Of a stretch of 64,000 nt of DNA, positions 28,813-37,861 are shown in pieces (the stretch's first letter is position 1; every line of letters starts with the position of its first letter). The notes under the pieces are model-generated. The model was given only the letters and a program-made list of their open reading frames with translations, was not told where the DNA came from and made no database searches. Source of the stretch: an uncultured Acidobacteriaceae bacterium (GTDB taxonomy: Bacteria > Acidobacteriota > Terriglobia > Terriglobales > Acidobacteriaceae). The stretch is from contig CAVUUK010000007.1 of NCBI GenBank assembly GCA_963744625.1, positions 310,338 to 374,337 of the forward strand, written 5' to 3'. The translations under genes were made by a program, and so were the position numbers.

Positions 28813-31383
28813 ATGACAAGATCGTGCACCGTGACCGCGGTGATTGTGGCTGGTGTTTTACTGATGTGCTCGCTTGCGTGGGCGGCGGTTCCACCGGGAC
28901 AATCCCTTGAGCTGTCGCGGCCGGTTCGCCCATGGGAGTTCATGTCGGCGGTCGGCACGCGCGCCGGCATTCTGGGAACCGAGCAAGGAACGCTCGAAGC
29001 CTGGGTCTATCCCCTCAAAATCCTCAGTGATTTTCATCTGCGCTTTCATGTCGACGGCACGGTGCTGCCGGCTGAGACGCTGGCCCGAACTTTGATCGTC
29101 ACGCCTGAATCGACGACCATCCTCTATACGGGTGACGATTTTTCCGTCCGCGAAACATTGTTTGTGCCGGTCCATGAGCCGGGCGCGATCATCGCCTTGC
29201 AGGTCGAGACCGCAACGCATCTGGAAATCGAGGCTGCGTTCCTTCGCGACTTTCAGCTGGAATGGCCGGGAAACATTGGAGAGGCGGACCAGGATTGGGA
29301 TCCGCGACTGTGCGCCTTTCATTTCGCCGATGAAGGGCGGAGGTTCGACGCTCTGGTCGGTTCGCCCTCGGCAGTCAAGAGCTCAGAGGAATACTCCAGC
29401 AATTATTTCCATTCGCGGCAGAATGCGTTTCTGCTCGGTCCGACCGAAAAGGGATCGGATACAAAGTTCATCGTGATTGCGGCATCGTTTACCGGCCGCG
29501 CGACCCTGGCGACGCTTTATCAACACCTGCTGAAAAATTACGACGCGCTGCGGCGCGACTCCGCCGATTATTACAGCGAATATCTGGCGCGCACAGTGAG
29601 CGTTCATCTTCCCGACGCGCAACTCGAAACCGCCTATGACTGGGCTCGGGTGAGCGAACTGCAGGGGATGGTCGAAAACCCGTTTCTGGGTGAAGGACTA
29701 GTGGCGGGATATAACACGTCGCACGACGATTACCGTCCCGGCTTCGGGTGGTTCTTCGGCCGCGACGCGGAGTGGACCTCCTTGGCGCTGGATGCGGCGG
29801 GTGATTTCGCAAATGCGCGGCGGGCGCTGGAATTTCTCAGCAAATATCAGCGAGCCGACGGAAAGATTGCCCATGAGATTTCGCAGAGTGCCAGCTTTGT
29901 TGACTGGTTCAAAACGCCATTCGCCTTCGCCTCGGCGGACGCCACGCCGCTGTTCATTGTTGCAGCCAATGATTATGTGACGCGCAGCGGCGACGTCGAG
30001 TTTGCACGCGAGCAATGGGACCATCTGTGGAAAGCGTACGGGTTTCTGCAATCGACGTACGATGCGCAGGGATTCGCGCAAAACGCGGGCGTGGGAACCG
30101 GCTGGATCGAGGGAGGCCCGCTGTATCCGGTGCGAACCGAACTTTACCAGGCGTCGCTCGGAGTCGAGGCCGCACGCTCGCTTTCGCATCTGGCTCATCT
30201 TTTAGGGAAGGAAGAGATTGCAGACGAAGCAGAGGGCACGTTCGACCGGCAAAATCCGCTTCTGAACAAAGTGTTCTGGTCTCCCGAAAAACAAATTTAC
30301 GCCTATGCGCTCGACGCGAAAGGCAATCGCCTGGACGTAGCCAGTGTGCTGGCCGCGGTCCCGATGTGGTTTGGACAGCTTGACGAGGAGCATGCGCAAG
30401 TGATGATTGCGGAACTGGCAAAGCCCGATCAGCAGGCCGATTGGGGCATGCGGATTCTTTCCGCCCACGACCCGAGGTATGATCCCGGCGGATATCATTA
30501 CGGAACCGTCTGGCCGCTATTCACGGGTTGGGCGTCGATCGGGGAGTATCGCTATCATCAGCCGCTTTCCGCATATTCGAACCTGCGGGCAAATGCGCTG
30601 CTGGCGTTGGATGGATCGCTCGGGCACGTCACCGAAGTTCTTTCCGGCAACTACAATCAGACGCTCTCGACCGGGACACCCCATCAGACGTGGTCGGCGG
30701 CGATGGTTGTGAATCCGCTGTTGAGCGGTTTGCTGGGCATCAAAACGGACGCGGCCGCGTGTCATATGGATTTTGTTCCGCACGTGCCCGCGGATTGGAA
30801 TTCGTTTTCGGTGGAGAATGTGCGGACGGGCGCGGAGACGTTCAGTTTGCATTATCAGCAGACGGCGGACGATATTCGACTGGAAGTACAAGCGAGCGGA
30901 AATACGGGCAAGCAATGCGCGATAAAGTTTTCTCCGGCGGTGAGCGTGCGCGCCTTGATCAAGCAGGTTCGCGTCAATGGGCGCGCGCAACGGTTTCATC
31001 TGGAAACGAACGCGACGGATCAGCACGTGACCGTGGAGCTGCCAATCGTTGGAGAAAAGAATATCGTTGAAATCGGCGTCGAAAGAAATTTCCAGTTAAG
31101 CTGGGCCTCGACGCTTCCTCCGCTGGGGAGCGCGAGCCGCGGGCTGCGTGTGCTTTCCGAATCTTGGACGCCGGCGCAGGACGCTTTGACATTGCGGCTT
31201 TCGGGCGCTTCGGGCGGAAGCTACGAGTTGTCAGCCTGGAATGCAGGTCAAGTGACTTCGGTCGACGGCGCTCAATTCGAGCGAACTACGGGACGGGACG
31301 GGAAAGTGCATGTGCAGCTTCCCACGAGCGCGCCGGGCGCCGATCCGGAGGCCACTGTCATTTTTCACTTTGCGGCGAAGTAG
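28813..31383 (+). CDS. (alpha/alpha)6-barrel glycosidase, glycogen-debranching-enzyme-like (GDE_C type), exported
   Basis: GFGWFFGRDAEWTSLAL and YHYGTVWPLFTGWASIGEY resemble amylo-alpha-1,6-glucosidase/GDE_C motifs. ATG 28813 gives the signal peptide MTRSCTVTAVIVAGVLLMCSLAWA. Confidence 0.65.
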   Translation: MTRSCTVTAVIVAGVLLMCSLAWAAVPPGQSLELSRPVRPWEFMSAVGTRAGILGTEQGTLEAWVYPLKILSDFHLRFHVDGTVLPAETLARTLIVTPESTTILYTGDDFSVRETLFVPVHEPGAIIALQVETATHLEIEAAFLRDFQLEWPGNIGEADQDWDPRLCAFHFADEGRRFDALVGSPSAVKSSEEYSSNYFHSRQNAFLLGPTEKGSDTKFIVIAASFTGRATLATLYQHLLKNYDALRRDSADYYSEYLARTVSVHLPDAQLETAYDWARVSELQGMVENPFLGEGLVAGYNTSHDDYRPGFGWFFGRDAEWTSLALDAAGDFANARRALEFLSKYQRADGKIAHEISQSASFVDWFKTPFAFASADATPLFIVAANDYVTRSGDVEFAREQWDHLWKAYGFLQSTYDAQGFAQNAGVGTGWIEGGPLYPVRTELYQASLGVEAARSLSHLAHLLGKEEIADEAEGTFDRQNPLLNKVFWSPEKQIYAYALDAKGNRLDVASVLAAVPMWFGQLDEEHAQVMIAELAKPDQQADWGMRILSAHDPRYDPGGYHYGTVWPLFTGWASIGEYRYHQPLSAYSNLRANALLALDGSLGHVTEVLSGNYNQTLSTGTPHQTWSAAMVVNPLLSGLLGIKTDAAACHMDFVPHVPADWNSFSVENVRTGAETFSLHYQQTADDIRLEVQASGNTGKQCAIKFSPAVSVRALIKQVRVNGRAQRFHLETNATDQHVTVELPIVGEKNIVEIGVERNFQLSWASTLPPLGSASRGLRVLSESWTPAQDALTLRLSGASGGSYELSAWNAGQVTSVDGAQFERTTGRDGKVHVQLPTSAPGADPEATVIFHFAAK

Positions 31384-31435
31384 CAAGCGCCGCAGAGAAG
31401 GTTTTCAGATATTGAATTTCGGGAGAGTTGAGCAA

Positions 31436-33142
31436 ATGTCTTGGAATCCTAAAGGGATGCCGTTGCTAGCCGCGATGATCGCGCTCGTGTTTTCCATCGC
31501 GCAGGCGCAGAAGCGAACTGATGACGCGGGAGGGCACGAGTGGTGGAAACATGCGGTCTTCTATGAAATTTATCCGCGCAGCTTTGCCGACAGCAATAAC
31601 GACGGAATTGGCGATCTCAAGGGCATCGACTCGCGTCTCGGTTATCTGAAAGACCTGGGCGTGGACGCGATCTGGATCACTCCCTGCTATCCGTCGCCGC
31701 AGGTTGATTTTGGATATGACGTGTCGGATTACGAAAACATCGATCCGATGTACGGAACGCTGAATGATTTCGACCACTTGGCGCGTGATGCGAAGAAGGA
31801 CGACATCCGCATCATCATGGATTTCGTGCTCAATCATAGCTCTACGCAGCACAAGTGGTTTCTTGATTCGGCGTCGTCGCGCACCTCGGCGCATCGCGAC
31901 TGGTACATCTGGCGCGACGGTAAGGGGCCGGGCATTCCGCCGAACAATTGGCTGTCGGGATTTGGTGGATCGGCGTGGCAGTACGATCCGAAGACTGGGC
32001 AGTATTACTACCATTTTTTTGCGGTTGGGCAAGCCGATCTCAACTGGCGCAATCCGGCGGTTGAGAAGGCGATGTTTGACGTAACGAGATTCTGGTATAC
32101 ACGCGGGGTTTCGGGCTTCCGGCTCGATGCGGTCGATCTGCTGTTTGAAGATCCGAATCTTCATGACAATCCGATATTGCCGGGCAAGAACGACTTCGGC
32201 GACCCCAACATGGACAACGATTACAACGACAAACTGCCCGAGGTTCACACCGAGCTGAAGAAATTGCGCGCCGTGGCCGATCAATACGATGCGGTACTGA
32301 TCGGGGAAACGTACACGTCGAATCGCGACGAGCTCAAGGAATATTACGGCGACCGCAACGATGAGATCCAAATGCCGATGGATTTCATGTTCTGCGAGAT
32401 CAACAAGCTTTCGCCGGCCGCTTTTCGCGAGCAGATCGCCAATGCGGAATCGACCGGCGGATGGCCGGTTTACGTGATCGGCAATCATGACATGCCGCGT
32501 TCTTACGATCGCTACGGCGACGGAAAACATAATGACGAAATTGCCAAGCTGATGGCGGGAATGTATCTGACGCTGCGAGGCACGCCGATCATGTATTACG
32601 GCGAAGAACTCGGCATGGAGAATAACGATCCGGTGCGCAAGGAGGATGTGAAGGATCCTTATGGCATTGCTGGCTGGCCGAAGCAAAAAGGCCGCGATGG
32701 CGAACGCACTCCGATGCAGTGGAACGATTCGCCGAATGCGGGATTCAGCACGGTCACTCCGTGGCTACCGGTGCCCGCCAGCTACAAGACGCACAACGTG
32801 GCGACCGAGATGAAAGATCCCGATTCGGTTCTGCAGTTTTACCGGCGCCTGCTGGCATTGCGCCATCACGAGCCGGCGTTGCTTGACGGAGATTACGTTG
32901 CGCTCAATCAAGACAACGTCAACGTTCTTTCGTACCTTCGCCGCTACAAGAATCAAGCGGTGCTGGTTGTTCTCAATATGTCGAATGCGAAACAGCAGAT
33001 GAGTTTCAATCTTTCAGCCGAAGGCTTCCCTGCCGCCAAGACGACGCCTTTGCTAACGACGTTAGCGGCTCCGCCCAGCGGCCGGTTGAGCAAGGTTGAT
33101 CTTGAGCCCTTCTCGGTTTATATCGCGCGCATTTCGCGGTGA
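31436..33142 (+). CDS. GH13 alpha-glucosidase / oligo-1,6-glucosidase type, exported
   Basis: WWKHAVFYEIYPRSFADSNNDGIGDLKGI...LGVDAIWITPCYPSP, DFVLNH, GFRLDAVD (nucleophile), LIGETY (acid/base) and GNHDMPR. The N-terminus MSWNPKGMPLLAAMIALVFSIAQAQ is signal-like. Confidence 0.9.
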   Translation: MSWNPKGMPLLAAMIALVFSIAQAQKRTDDAGGHEWWKHAVFYEIYPRSFADSNNDGIGDLKGIDSRLGYLKDLGVDAIWITPCYPSPQVDFGYDVSDYENIDPMYGTLNDFDHLARDAKKDDIRIIMDFVLNHSSTQHKWFLDSASSRTSAHRDWYIWRDGKGPGIPPNNWLSGFGGSAWQYDPKTGQYYYHFFAVGQADLNWRNPAVEKAMFDVTRFWYTRGVSGFRLDAVDLLFEDPNLHDNPILPGKNDFGDPNMDNDYNDKLPEVHTELKKLRAVADQYDAVLIGETYTSNRDELKEYYGDRNDEIQMPMDFMFCEINKLSPAAFREQIANAESTGGWPVYVIGNHDMPRSYDRYGDGKHNDEIAKLMAGMYLTLRGTPIMYYGEELGMENNDPVRKEDVKDPYGIAGWPKQKGRDGERTPMQWNDSPNAGFSTVTPWLPVPASYKTHNVATEMKDPDSVLQFYRRLLALRHHEPALLDGDYVALNQDNVNVLSYLRRYKNQAVLVVLNMSNAKQQMSFNLSAEGFPAAKTTPLLTTLAAPPSGRLSKVDLEPFSVYIARISR

Positions 33143-33153
33143 GTTCGATTCGC

Positions 33154-34335
33154 ATGGACAGGCTAAAGCTAACGCACGCCAGACGCCCGCGATCGCGGAA
33201 TCGTTCGCATAACCTGGTAATGATCTGCGCCGCGACTATATTGCTTGCCAGCGGAGTTTGGGCGCAGGCAGGCAACTGGAGCGCGCAGCTTTCAGGTCTG
33301 GTCTCCCCCCACGATTATGTGCAGAAGCGAGCTTCGAGTTACGACCGCAGCGGCGGGAATGACGACTTCGTCAAGATTGCTCCTGGAGAAACGATCACTT
33401 TGCTCGACGATTCGGGGCCCGGAGTGATCACTCACATATGGATGACGATCGCGTCGCCGGAGGCGTATCACCTGAAGAGGCTCGTGCTGCGCATGTACTG
33501 GGACGACGAAACCTCGCCGAGCGTGGAAGCTCCGGTGGGCGATTTTTTTGGCCTCGGTCTCGGAGATTACTTTCCCTTTGAGTCAGTTCCGTTGTCGGTC
33601 GCGTCCGACAAGGCGCTGAACTGTTTCTTTCCCATGCCTTTCCGCAAACATGCACGCATCACCATGACGAATCAGGGAAACGAAAACGTCGACGCATTTT
33701 ATTTCAACATCGACTACCAGGCATATCAGAAAGACCTTCCAGCAGAGACGATGTATTTCCATGCCCAATACCGGCAAGCAACGCCCAACAAAAGATGGAC
33801 CAGCGATTGGACGTCGAACGACGCGCCGGCCGTGCTTGCGAAGAAAAATGTCGATGGCAAAGATAACTATGTTTGGCTCGAAGCCGGCGGCCAGGGGCAA
33901 TTCGTAGGCGTAACCATGTCGGTTCTCCAAAACCAAGATGGATGGTGGGGTGAAGGCGACGACATGTTTTTTGTCGATGGAGAAAAGCTTCCGTCGATTC
34001 ATGGAACCGGATCGGAGGATTACTTTCTCGGCGCGTGGGATTTTGGCGATCATCCGTTTTCGTATGGCCTCTACGGTGCGCCGGTAAAGGGCGCGGAGCT
34101 TGCCGGTAGCCGGTCGTCGGTGTATCGCTTTCATCTCGATTCGCCGATTCCATTTACCAAGAGTTTGAAGGCGACGATTGAACATGGCCATGCCAATCAC
34201 CGGTCCGATAACTTCTTTTCGGTCGCTTACTGGTATCAGAAGGAGCCTCATGCGCCGTTTCCTGCCCTGCCCGCGGTTGAACAACGCATTCCGCGAATCT
34301 ATCCAGTGGGAGGTCCCGGAAATGTTGCGAAGTAA
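33154..34335 (+). CDS. DUF2961 (GH172) family protein, exported
   Basis: SYDRSGGNDDF...GPGVITHIWMT...LRMYWDDE...GDFFG...GSEDYF pattern characteristic of DUF2961. The alternative GTG at 33139 overlaps the GH13 stop. Confidence 0.75.
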   Translation: MDRLKLTHARRPRSRNRSHNLVMICAATILLASGVWAQAGNWSAQLSGLVSPHDYVQKRASSYDRSGGNDDFVKIAPGETITLLDDSGPGVITHIWMTIASPEAYHLKRLVLRMYWDDETSPSVEAPVGDFFGLGLGDYFPFESVPLSVASDKALNCFFPMPFRKHARITMTNQGNENVDAFYFNIDYQAYQKDLPAETMYFHAQYRQATPNKRWTSDWTSNDAPAVLAKKNVDGKDNYVWLEAGGQGQFVGVTMSVLQNQDGWWGEGDDMFFVDGEKLPSIHGTGSEDYFLGAWDFGDHPFSYGLYGAPVKGAELAGSRSSVYRFHLDSPIPFTKSLKATIEHGHANHRSDNFFSVAYWYQKEPHAPFPALPAVEQRIPRIYPVGGPGNVAK

Positions 34336-34354
34336 ATGCCCGTGCAGGAGGAAG

Positions 34355-35581
34355 ATGCTTTCGATCTGGTTCACCGCTCTGTGCGTGACACCGCTGGCGG
34401 CCGCGCAGACACCGCACCAGCAAACAACTACGACCGCCGCTCGTCCGCTGGTCGTTGGATACTTCCGAGGCGACAGCATGCGCCGGCAATTTTTTTTGAA
34501 GGATCTGATTACACGCGGCGCGATTCCTATCCTTGATCAGATCAATTACTCCCAGGCGCACATTGTGAATAACCGATGCGCCGTGGCCGACCCGGATTCG
34601 GATCTGAGTTACTCGTTCTCCTCCAACGACAGCGTGGACGGCACTACCGATAAGCCAACGATGGCGCTGCGGGGCAACTTCCATCAACTGCAGGAGCTGA
34701 AACGGCTTTATCCGCAGATCAATGTGCTGATTTCGCTCGAAGGCTCGCCCGACGTCTTCGTGCAGGCCGCGCAGCCTGAAAATCGCAACGCGTTTGTCGC
34801 TTCGTGCGTTCAACAATTCATTCAGGGCAAGATAGCCGACGGCATCGAAGCGCCAGGATTGTTTGACGGCATCGATGTTGATTGGGAGTATCCCGAGGAA
34901 GCGGACAAACTTAATTTTGTTGCCCTCTTGGGCGAGTTCCGACGGCAGCTCAATGCGATCGCGCCGAATTTGTTGTTGAGCGTCGCGATGGGCACAGTGC
35001 GCTCGCACTATCAGTATCTGGATATGTCTGCGGTTTCGCTTTATGCGGACGAGGTCGCGATCATGAACTACGACTATGCCGGACCGTGGAGCAAGCGAAC
35101 CGGCCTCGTGGCTCCGCTATATCACGCGCCCGGCGATCCCGAAATCGGCGGCGACGTGGACACAACGATTCAGGATTATAAAGCAGCGGGAGTGCCAGTC
35201 TCCCGTATGCTGATGGGCGTGCCGTTCTACGCTTATGCGTGGAATCGGGTTGCGCCCGGCAATCATGGTCTGTTTCAGTTTGGCGAACCGGATCGCAACG
35301 ACGTTCTTTATAACTACATCGTTTCCATTCAGAGCAAATTCACTGTCTATCGCGACCCGAAATCGATGGCGCCTTGGCTGTTTGACGGGAGCACCTTCTG
35401 GACTTACGACGACGATTTATCCATCGGCGCAAAAGTGAAATATGCGAAAGAGCAAGGTTTGCGGGGAGTGATGATCTGGGAGCTGAGTGGCGACACGCCG
35501 GACGGAAAGCTCCTCAAGACGATTTCGGCCGGGCTTGGCCGTCAAGAGGAAGTGAAGACGACGGGCCAGAAGACGCGGTAG
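34355..35581 (+). CDS. glycoside hydrolase family 18, secreted (second copy)
   Basis: FDGIDVDWEYP (intact DxxDxDxE), MNYDYAGPW and GVMIWELSGD. ATG 34355 gives the signal peptide MLSIWFTALCVTPLAAAQ. ATG 34322 would overlap the upstream stop. Confidence 0.85.
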   Translation: MLSIWFTALCVTPLAAAQTPHQQTTTTAARPLVVGYFRGDSMRRQFFLKDLITRGAIPILDQINYSQAHIVNNRCAVADPDSDLSYSFSSNDSVDGTTDKPTMALRGNFHQLQELKRLYPQINVLISLEGSPDVFVQAAQPENRNAFVASCVQQFIQGKIADGIEAPGLFDGIDVDWEYPEEADKLNFVALLGEFRRQLNAIAPNLLLSVAMGTVRSHYQYLDMSAVSLYADEVAIMNYDYAGPWSKRTGLVAPLYHAPGDPEIGGDVDTTIQDYKAAGVPVSRMLMGVPFYAYAWNRVAPGNHGLFQFGEPDRNDVLYNYIVSIQSKFTVYRDPKSMAPWLFDGSTFWTYDDDLSIGAKVKYAKEQGLRGVMIWELSGDTPDGKLLKTISAGLGRQEEVKTTGQKTR

Positions 35582-35669
35582 GTTCGTTACCGGCCATGAA
35601 CCATGCGGACACCGACGGAATTCTGAAGGAGTTACTACCGCGCCGAAACTATCTTATGACATCCATCGT

Positions 35670-37832
35670 ATGAAGAAGAATCGCGTCATTCCGTTTGTGT
35701 TGTTTGGCCTGCTGGCGATCAGTTCGGCGCAAGATACAGCGAATCCGCCGCACACAGAGCAGATTCCGCCGCCGGCTTGCCAATCCGTTCCCGACTGGGA
35801 TTCGACGCGGGCCGCGACTTGCACGAAGGCCGAGATTGCGGACTGGCTCGACGACATCAAGCATTGGCGCATGGAACACCTGCTGCGGATGGGCTACAAC
35901 GGTTCGGAGTATGCGCGGCCGGAATTGCTGTGGACGCAATCGAGTTTTGTGCAGACGCAGATGATGATTCACGACCGTTTTTTCTATGATCCGGCGGCGC
36001 GGCAATACACGGTGCAGCGCTATCTTGCCGATCTTGATAAGCGCTATGGTGGCATTGACAGCGTATTGCTCTGGCCGACCTATCCTAACCTCGGTGTCGA
36101 CAGCCGGAATCAATACGATCTGTTTCGCGACCTGCCGGGCGGAATCGTCGGCATGAAGAAGGTGGTCGAAGATTTCCACCGTCACGGTGTACACGTGCTC
36201 TTTCCGGTGATGATGTGGGATCAGGGAACGCACGATGAAGGCGATCCCAACTGGACAGCGACATCGCGTTACCTGGCGGAGATCGGCGCGGATGGAATTA
36301 ACGGCGACACGCTTGAAGGAATGGCCCGCGTTTTCCGGACGGCGTCTGACAGCATCGGGCATCCGCTGGCGCTTGAGCCGGAGCTTGGTTTCGGTTCCGA
36401 TGAGATGCTCGCCTATAACAACATGTCGTGGGGCTACTGGAAATATGATTTTGCGCCCTCGGTGAGCACATATAAATGGCTCGAGCCACGCCACATGGTC
36501 CACGTTTGCGATCGCTGGGCGCACGATCATGTGGACGATCTGCAATCGGCATTTTTTAACGGCACCGGCTTTGAAAGCTGGGAAAACATATGGGGCATCT
36601 GGAACCAGATCACGCCGCGCGATGCAGAGGCACTGCGCCGCGTTGCAACGATCGAGCGCGCCTATCATGAGCTGCTGCTCAGCCCCGGCTGGGAGCCGCA
36701 CGTTTTCACGCAGCGATTCGGAGTCTTCGCCAGCCGTTGGCCCGCGAAGCAAACGACGCTCTGGACGCTGGTGAATCGCAACCACTATTCGGTATCGGGA
36801 CGGGAACTGGTGGTGCCCTACCGCGCCGGAGCGCGCTATTTCGATTTATGGCACGGGATCGAGATTACTCCCGCGAAGGAGAGCGCCACTTCCGTTTTGA
36901 GCTTCGATCTTGAGGCGGATGGTTACGGGGCGATTCTGGAGACCACTGCGCCCGATCCCACGTTGAATGATTTGCTGGCGACGATGCACGCGCTCGCGCA
37001 AAAACCGCTCGCGAGTTTTTCCAGAGAATGGACGACGTTGCCGCAGCACGTAGTTGAGATTCCAGAGACGGCGCCAGCCGGGGCGGCTCCTGAAAAGATG
37101 GTTCGCGTGCCAGAGGGCGATTTCGTATTTCGCGTCAACGGCATTGAAATTGAGGGTATGAACGATGAGGGCGTCGATATCCAGTATCCGTGGGAGCCTT
37201 CAGCGCGCAGATTTCATGAGGCGAAGCTGCATATCAAATCGTTCTGGATCGACCGCTATCCGGTAACGAATGCGGAGTTCAAGAAGTTTCTGGATGCCAG
37301 TCATTATCATCCCGTCGACGATCACAATTTTCTCAAGGATTGGACGGGGCAAATGTATCCCCTCGGATGGGCGAATAAGCCGGTGACGTGGGTTTCGCTG
37401 GAGGACGCGCGAGCCTATGCGCGGTGGGCAGGAAAGCGCTTGCCGCATGAGTGGGAGTGGCAGTATGCGGGACAAGGCAATGACGGGAGAATTTATCCGT
37501 GGGGCAATGAGTGGAATGCGGACGCGGTTCCGCTGCCCGATCGCGGCCGCGATGAGCAACCGGCAAGCGACGTGGATGCGCATCCCAAGGGCGCGAGTCC
37601 ATTCGGCGTGATGGATATGGTGGGGAACGTCTGGCAGTGGACCGACGAATACACCGACGACCACACAAGAGCAGCGGTGGTGCGCGGCGGCAGCCATTAT
37701 CAGCCCCAAGGTTCGCGGTGGTATTTTCCGCAGGCATATAAGTTGTCGGAGCACGGCAAGTATCTCTTGATGGCCCCAAGCATGGACCGGTCGGCGACGA
37801 TCGGATTCCGATGCGCTGCCGATGCGCGCTGA
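35670..37832 (+). CDS. exported fusion protein: uncharacterised GH-like N-terminal region plus FGE-sulfatase (SUMF1-like) C-terminal domain lacking the catalytic Cys pair
   Basis: The C-terminal ~230 aa, FWIDRYPVTNAEFKKFL...VTWVSLEDARAYARWAGKRLPHEWEWQYAG...YPWGNEW...GVMDMVGNVWQWTDE...RGGSHYQP, is the FGE-sulfatase domain pattern. The N-terminal ~480 aa (IDSVLLWPTYPNLGVDSRNQYD..HRHGVHVLFPVMMWDQG) is not recognised. The N-terminus is signal-like. Confidence 0.75.
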   Translation: MKKNRVIPFVLFGLLAISSAQDTANPPHTEQIPPPACQSVPDWDSTRAATCTKAEIADWLDDIKHWRMEHLLRMGYNGSEYARPELLWTQSSFVQTQMMIHDRFFYDPAARQYTVQRYLADLDKRYGGIDSVLLWPTYPNLGVDSRNQYDLFRDLPGGIVGMKKVVEDFHRHGVHVLFPVMMWDQGTHDEGDPNWTATSRYLAEIGADGINGDTLEGMARVFRTASDSIGHPLALEPELGFGSDEMLAYNNMSWGYWKYDFAPSVSTYKWLEPRHMVHVCDRWAHDHVDDLQSAFFNGTGFESWENIWGIWNQITPRDAEALRRVATIERAYHELLLSPGWEPHVFTQRFGVFASRWPAKQTTLWTLVNRNHYSVSGRELVVPYRAGARYFDLWHGIEITPAKESATSVLSFDLEADGYGAILETTAPDPTLNDLLATMHALAQKPLASFSREWTTLPQHVVEIPETAPAGAAPEKMVRVPEGDFVFRVNGIEIEGMNDEGVDIQYPWEPSARRFHEAKLHIKSFWIDRYPVTNAEFKKFLDASHYHPVDDHNFLKDWTGQMYPLGWANKPVTWVSLEDARAYARWAGKRLPHEWEWQYAGQGNDGRIYPWGNEWNADAVPLPDRGRDEQPASDVDAHPKGASPFGVMDMVGNVWQWTDEYTDDHTRAAVVRGGSHYQPQGSRWYFPQAYKLSEHGKYLLMAPSMDRSATIGFRCAADAR

Positions 37833-37861
37833 GTCCTACTGTCGAGCACGGAGTGACGAAC

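Noticed and set aside
31466-32686. 406-aa ORF on the minus strand
   Set aside because: Antisense to the GH13 alpha-glucosidase, whose catalytic motifs are all present. The translation is Arg/Ile/His-rich with no recognisable domain.
35649-36785. 378-aa ORF on the minus strand
   Set aside because: Antisense shadow of the GH-like/FGE-like fusion gene. The composition is Arg/His-rich and there is no motif.
37200-37832. C-terminal FGE-sulfatase domain interpreted as a genuine formylglycine-generating enzyme
   Set aside because: The RGGS segment is followed by HYQPQGSRWYF with no cysteine where FGEs carry the CxxxxC catalytic pair. No sulfatase gene is nearby. It is treated as an FGE-like paralogue of unknown function.
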